Virus record (IMG/VR): IMGVR_UViG_3300005253_003498
Location: 1-55,037 of that record
DNA from: a virus
Taxonomy: Duplodnaviria; Caudoviricetes
Reading direction: 5' to 3' (one strand)
DNA length: 55,037 nt
Shown here one piece after another: positions 54,519-55,037 of this stretch; the first letter of the stretch is position 1, and every line of letters begins with the position of its first letter. The notes under the pieces are model-generated. The model was not told the origin of the DNA. It ran no database searches and saw only the letters and a list, made by a program, of their open reading frames with translations. The translations under genes and the position numbers were made by a program.

Positions 54519-54731
54519 ATGATTCAACTTATTGGGTTAATCATTGCAGTCTATGCAATGGTACGCCTTACTCAAGTGCCTTACGAGCACACGGCCTACG
54601 AGCGCTCGTGGGGTGGAATGCCATTCTGGGTACGATCCCTTCACGTCTCTTTTCTGTCTACAGTCGGTGTAATAATTCTGGCGCTGTTTGTCTATGCTTT
54701 GATAAACATAGACTTCAATCCGAGGTTCTAA
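54519..54731 (+). CDS. Small two-TM membrane protein
   Basis: Two hydrophobic helices; SD GAGGAG. Confidence 0.6.
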   Translation: MIQLIGLIIAVYAMVRLTQVPYEHTAYERSWGGMPFWVRSLHVSFLSTVGVIILALFVYALINIDFNPRF

Positions 54732-54758
54732 GTAAGAAAAACTCAAGGAGAGAAAGGT

Positions 54759-55037
54759 GTGATGTCTACAATTAGAATGGACAAATCAATGGCCACTGCA
54801 CTGTTAAGGAGAAAAGCGATGTTCAAGATTGAGCTGAACAAAGAGGCTGCTGCCGTCCTGTTGCGCTGCTTGGCTTACGGCGGAGCATCCATCAGTAAAG
54901 AGGAGTATGATAGCGGTCTAGCAACCATTATCGAATCGAACGTCCAGATGATCCGCAAGAACATCTGCAACGGTCTAAGCGCAACACTTCTGGAGGAGTG
55001 CCTATCGTGCAAAACAACCTTGAAGAAAATGAATTGA
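54759..55037 (+). CDS. Hypothetical protein
   Basis: SD motifs present; start ambiguous. Confidence 0.5.
   Translation: MMSTIRMDKSMATALLRRKAMFKIELNKEAAAVLLRCLAYGGASISKEEYDSGLATIIESNVQMIRKNICNGLSATLLEECLSCKTTLKKMN

Noticed and set aside
1-55037. Stop-codon reassignment, diversity-generating retroelement or prophage boundaries
   Set aside because: Genes are intact in the standard code with all three stops used; no reverse transcriptase, adenine-specific repeat pair, integrase or host flank was recognised.

Overview
A ~55 kb piece of a tailed dsDNA phage genome. The host is probably Planctomycetota (inference from the CsrA and ClpC N-domain sequences, a PEP-CTERM protein and an RpoA-CTD-like protein). 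Most genes from 1 to 46150 lie on the minus strand. In window order they are: putative virion and lysis genes (thioredoxin lipoprotein, two cysteine peptidases); the head module (neck proteins, HK97-type capsid, DUF2213 protein, long MuF with a C-terminal HEXXH domain, portal, terminases); a DNA methyltransferase; helicase and primase; a thymidine-hypermodification cluster (MazG, thymidylate-synthase-family enzyme, HAD nucleotidase, P-loop kinase, aGPT-PPlase1); family A DNA polymerase; an array of small genes with a shared junction sequence; an ncRNA island; and SSB, CsrA, Sak4, exonuclease, UDG and RuvC-like genes. The polymerase is split by an exact 121-bp tandem duplication that is probably an assembly artefact. 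From 46436 onward, plus-strand early-type genes have repeated leaders and include a MoxR/CobS AAA ATPase with a VWA-like partner and an SF1 helicase. The most unusual signal is the ncRNA island at ~39.6-40.65 kb: two paralogous oversized tRNA-like RNAs without a canonical anticodon arm, each preceded by an H-type pseudoknot, followed by a ~206-nt multibranch RNA. No tail tube, tape measure, integrase, CRISPR array or reverse transcriptase was recognised. All protein assignments come from motif recognition by eye, not database searches.
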